This document shows, one piece after another, positions 60,403 to 64,000 of a DNA stretch of 64,000 nt. This DNA comes from Methanobacteriota archaeon. GTDB lineage: Archaea > Halobacteriota > Bog-38 > Methanoflorentales > Methanoflorentaceae. The position numbers and the translations under genes were made by a program. The stretch spans positions 1,632,001 to 1,696,000 of the forward strand of contig OY970393.1 in NCBI GenBank assembly GCA_963720465.1, read 5' to 3'. How positions within the stretch are numbered: position 1 is the stretch's first letter; each line of letters starts with the position of its first letter. The notes under the pieces are model-generated. The model saw nothing but the letters and a program-made list of their open reading frames with translations, was not told the DNA's origin and searched no databases.

Positions 60403-63318
60403 ATGAGCAAAGAAGAGAAGCAGACAGGAGATAATCTGGTCATTATGGCCGGTTATCAGGCCATAGAACCGGCCGAGAAGAACTTCGACCAGCTCACGCA
60501 GCTGATAAAGGAAAAGAAAGTCACATGTGATGGCATGATCCTTGTCGAGCGCGACAAGGAGGGCCAGTCGAAGATCGCAGCCACCGTAGACCGCCTCGGT
60601 CGCCAGGGGACGGGCTGGACGGGGGGCGTCGGCCTCATTGTGGGCCTCGTCTCGCCACCCCTGCTGGGATCGGTTGCCACAGGGGCCGCGACCGGCGGAC
60701 TGATTGGTAAATTCGCCAAGCGCAAGGTAGAGAGCGGCATTGAGAGTGGGCTTGGCGACAAGCTCAAGCCGGGCACCGCCGCCATCATCGCCATCGTCGA
60801 CAGCAAAGACCGGCTCGCAGCCGAGCAGGCGCTAACAGACTCGCCGGCTAAGTCGGTCGCGCAGATGGACGAGAAGGGCATTAAAGGCCTTAAGGAGAGC
60901 TTGGCAGAAGCGGCCGGCAAGTTCACCCCCGACCGCACCGTGCTGCCAATCCCCGATCGGACCTTCGGCGGGACAATCGGGCGGACGATGGATACGTCTG
61001 TTGCCGATTGGACAATCGTCCCCGGACCCAAGGCGCCGGATGACGCCCCTAACGTCCTCGTCATGCTCATCGATGACGCTGGGTTCGGCAACCCAGACAC
61101 GTTTGGCGGTCTGATTAGAACTCCAAACCTCACGCGGGTACAGGAAATGGGCACCACCTATACCAGCTTTCACGTAACAGCCTTGTGCTCCCCGACTCGT
61201 GCCGCTCTGCTGACTGGCTGCAACCACCATCGGGTGGGATTCGGCTCGGTAGCCGAGTTTCCGGGTCCGTTCCCGGGCTATTCAACAGCGAGGCCACGAA
61301 GCTGCACAGCATTCCCCCGCATCTTGCAGGAGAACGGGTACGTTACAGGCGGGTTCGGCAAATGGCACCTTACTCCAGACAATGTCCAGGGTGCCGCAGG
61401 ACCGTTCGACCACTGGCCGCAGTCGTGGGGCTTCGACCACTATTGGGGGTTTTTGAGCGGGGCAGCAGGCCAGTACGATCCCATCATCACGCAGGACAAC
61501 TCCATTTTGGGCGTGCCGGAGGGTAAGAACGGCACACAATACTACTTCCCCGACGACTTGACCGATAAGGCCATAGAATGGTTACACGCGGTGCGCGCCC
61601 AGGACGCTAGCAAACCGTGGTTGCTCTACTATGCCACGGGCTGCAGTCACGCACCTCATCACGTCGCGAAGGAGTGGGCCGATAAGTACAAGGGCCAATT
61701 CGACAAAGGCTGGGACAAACTGCGCGAGGAAATCCTCGCCCGGCAAAAGCAGCTGGGAGTCGTCCCCCTGGACACAGAGCTGACGGAGCGGCCCGACATC
61801 TTCCCAGCGTGGGAATCGCTCAACGATGCGGAGAAGAAGCTCTATGCCCGACAGATGGAAGTGTACGCCGGCTTCTCGGAGAACGCCGATTGGAACGTCG
61901 GCCGATTGCTCAATGTCATCGAGGATATGGGTGACTTGGACAACACACTCATCTTTTACATCTGGGGCGACAACGGCGCTAGCATGGAGGGAACGCTCAC
62001 CGGTTCGTTCAACGAGATGACGTTCCTCAACGGCGTTCCTCTCGACGCCGAGCAGCAGTTGAAACTCATCGATGAGTACGGGGGCATGGAAGCACTCGGC
62101 GGGATTCAAACTGCACCGCACTACGCTGCGGCGTGGGCACACGCTGGTAACGTTCCATTCCAGTGGGGCAAGCAGATGGCAAGCCACCTCGGGGGAACGA
62201 GAAACCCCATGACCGTCGCGTGGCCGAACCGGATCAAGCAACGAGGCTTGCGCACGCAATTTACGCACTGCATCGACGTGGGTCCGACCATCCTCGAAGC
62301 AGCGGGAATCCCCGAGCCCAACATAGTTGACGGCATCCCCCAGGTACCTATGGACGGCACGAGTTTCTTGTATACCTTCGACGACGCCAAAGCCGACGAA
62401 CGTCACACTGTCCAGTACTTCGAGATCCTCGGCAGCCGGGCCATTTACAACGACGGCTGGTGGGCGTGCACAAGACTTGACAAAGCACCGTGGGACTTAT
62501 CGCCTGAAACGATCGGACGATTCGCACCTGGGGTCTACGATCCGGAGAACGACCTGTGGGAGCTCTACTACCTTCCTGACGACTTTTCACAAGCCAAAAA
62601 CCTCGCCGCTGCGAATCCCGACAAGCTCAAAGAGCTGCAGGACCTGTGGTGGAAAGAGGCCGAGCGCAACAAGGTGTTGCCGCTCCTCGGCGGCTTATCC
62701 ATCTTCTTCGGAATACTGCCACCGCTGCCTACGATAACCCGGTTCAGCTTTGCTGGCGACGTCCAGAACGTTCAGCGCGGCATGATCCCGCGCATCTTCG
62801 GCCGCTCGTACGCCATCGAAGCCGAGCTCAACGTGCCTGAAGGGGGTGCCGAAGGCGTGATCCTCGCTAACGCCGACTTCATCGGCGGGTTCGGCTTGTG
62901 GGTCGATGACAAGGGGCTGCTCAACCACACCTATTCGTTCCTAGGCGTCGAGTCTTATAAGCAAACCGCTACCGAGAAGCTGCCGACAGGCGACATCACC
63001 GTGCGCATGCAGTTCGCGGCCGACGAAAACAAGCCTGGCACCGGAGGGCACGTCATGCTGTTCGCGAACGGCAAAAAGATCGGCGAGGGCACAATCCCGC
63101 GGACGGTGCCCATATCCTTCTCAAGCTATGCAGGCATGGATGTGGGCCGCGACAACGGTTTGGTCGTTGACCGGGCGTATGAAGATAAGGCCCCGTACGC
63201 TTTTACTGGCACCGTCAAGAGAGTAATATTCGACCTCAAGCCCGCGGCGCACGAGGACGAGAAAGGTCTGCACGAAGCCGCGCAGCACGCCGCCCTTGCT
63301 CACGGAGCTGCAGGCTGA
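60403..63318 (+). CDS. Arylsulfatase with an N-terminal DUF1269-like domain
   Basis: PNVLVMLIDDAG, ALCSPTRAALLTG (CxPxR), GKWH, GDNG. The first ~170 aa resemble 35622 (LVERDKEG, Gly zipper, LKPGTAAI). Confidence 0.92.
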   Translation: MSKEEKQTGDNLVIMAGYQAIEPAEKNFDQLTQLIKEKKVTCDGMILVERDKEGQSKIAATVDRLGRQGTGWTGGVGLIVGLVSPPLLGSVATGAATGGLIGKFAKRKVESGIESGLGDKLKPGTAAIIAIVDSKDRLAAEQALTDSPAKSVAQMDEKGIKGLKESLAEAAGKFTPDRTVLPIPDRTFGGTIGRTMDTSVADWTIVPGPKAPDDAPNVLVMLIDDAGFGNPDTFGGLIRTPNLTRVQEMGTTYTSFHVTALCSPTRAALLTGCNHHRVGFGSVAEFPGPFPGYSTARPRSCTAFPRILQENGYVTGGFGKWHLTPDNVQGAAGPFDHWPQSWGFDHYWGFLSGAAGQYDPIITQDNSILGVPEGKNGTQYYFPDDLTDKAIEWLHAVRAQDASKPWLLYYATGCSHAPHHVAKEWADKYKGQFDKGWDKLREEILARQKQLGVVPLDTELTERPDIFPAWESLNDAEKKLYARQMEVYAGFSENADWNVGRLLNVIEDMGDLDNTLIFYIWGDNGASMEGTLTGSFNEMTFLNGVPLDAEQQLKLIDEYGGMEALGGIQTAPHYAAAWAHAGNVPFQWGKQMASHLGGTRNPMTVAWPNRIKQRGLRTQFTHCIDVGPTILEAAGIPEPNIVDGIPQVPMDGTSFLYTFDDAKADERHTVQYFEILGSRAIYNDGWWACTRLDKAPWDLSPETIGRFAPGVYDPENDLWELYYLPDDFSQAKNLAAANPDKLKELQDLWWKEAERNKVLPLLGGLSIFFGILPPLPTITRFSFAGDVQNVQRGMIPRIFGRSYAIEAELNVPEGGAEGVILANADFIGGFGLWVDDKGLLNHTYSFLGVESYKQTATEKLPTGDITVRMQFAADENKPGTGGHVMLFANGKKIGEGTIPRTVPISFSSYAGMDVGRDNGLVVDRAYEDKAPYAFTGTVKRVIFDLKPAAHEDEKGLHEAAQHAALAHGAAG

Positions 63319-63572
63319 GTGAGTTAAATTAGCAGGCGTTCGACCGCAGGCCGTTAGGGAGAAGGGTGGACGTAATAGCTCTAGCGTTTTGTCCGCTCGA
63401 AGATCGAAAATGTGGTGTTAAACTGGAAGTAGTTTTTTTGCAACAAGAGACAAGCAAATTCGCTGCTAAATACACAAAGTGGTAAGCATGGTACAGCACG
63501 TGATGAGCTTTGTAAGCATTATACTGTACGTGAAGCTCGAGCAATTCGGCCCTCTGTGAGACGGCGGTTGTG

Positions 63573-64000
63573 TCAGAGCCTCGGCCACACAAAAAAGAAC
63601 GGGGGTGGGTGGTACATCCATCTTCCCAAAAGGTCTGCTGTTATCAACTCTAACCCGAATATGATCAGAGCTAGGGCTAGCAAGAGTACTGCAGTGGCTC
63701 CGCCCAGCGGGGGATATACCAGCACGACAAAGCCGACTATGACTGCGATGATGCCGACTACGATCATCCCCCGAGTGGCGCGTGCGACGGTCACGAATCC
63801 CATCAAGATAAACGCCAGTCCTACCAGCCACGCGAGAGTTAATCCTCCGTAAAAGACCGGGGCGAGTATCGTTATTGCGAGTAGAAATACAATCGCTGAT
63901 AGAATCAAGAGCAGAAGTCGCTGCCATCGTCAGATGCCTTCTGAAAATCCGAGCCAATTGGACAAAGCTAGGATTTTCCGGTAACCAGGGCCGTAGTGGT
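63573..64000 (-). pseudogene. HdeD/DUF308 family membrane protein, copy 4 (partial, apparently frameshifted)
   Basis: Aligns with copy 1 (YGGLTLAWLVGLA..ARATRGMIVVGII...LIIFGLE..GRW); start lies beyond the window or is disrupted. Confidence 0.7.

Noticed and set aside
60456-63303. Long antisense and alternate-frame ORFs over the sulfatase, and similar ones over lig, gadB and the kinases
   Set aside because: Shadow ORFs expected from GC-rich codon usage; no recognisable motifs.
63482-63537. Imperfect ~28-bp tandem duplication (GTAAGCAT...ACGTGA..AGCT)
   Set aside because: Only two degenerate units; no function supportable.
1-64000. CRISPR array, rRNA, complete tRNA, transposase or catalytic integrase
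   Set aside because: None seen by eye. The only perfect tandem repeat is coding and has no unique spacers, and both tRNA-like segments lack 5' halves.

Overview
Archaeal DNA, most likely a Methanomicrobia-like member of Halobacteriota. This is inferred from the archaeal ATP-dependent DNA ligase, 6-phospho-3-hexuloisomerase, a MEDS-domain kinase, GGAGGTGA ribosome-binding sites and archaeal-style tRNA fragments. The window is an accessory, heavily eroded region. Intact genes include lig, cls, gadB, alkA, arsC, a PP2C phosphatase, proline dehydrogenase, a P5C/aldehyde dehydrogenase, an arylsulfatase, AI-2E transporters, a TMEM175 channel, three tandem HdeD/DUF308 genes, USPs and Hsp20. They sit among many frameshifted genes and 60-400 bp gene remnants. 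The strongest unexplained signal is a dispersed mobile-element signature. Four copies of a small 'K(I)..(S/A)....YP(T/I)IRLP....LAG....IYQT' ORF family occur, two of them head-to-head around an orphan 3' half of tRNA-Val(CAC) at 48731-48777. A ribbon-helix-helix/coiled-coil ORF also reads antisense through an orphan 3' half of tRNA-Asp(GTC) and stops right at the anticodon (43477-43515). This resembles N-terminal pieces of split SSV1-type integrases, but no catalytic half or full tRNA is visible. A second theme is a concentration of acid-stress and membrane genes. Several small ORFs missed by the ORF track are also reported. All family calls come from motif recognition by eye; no searches were run.
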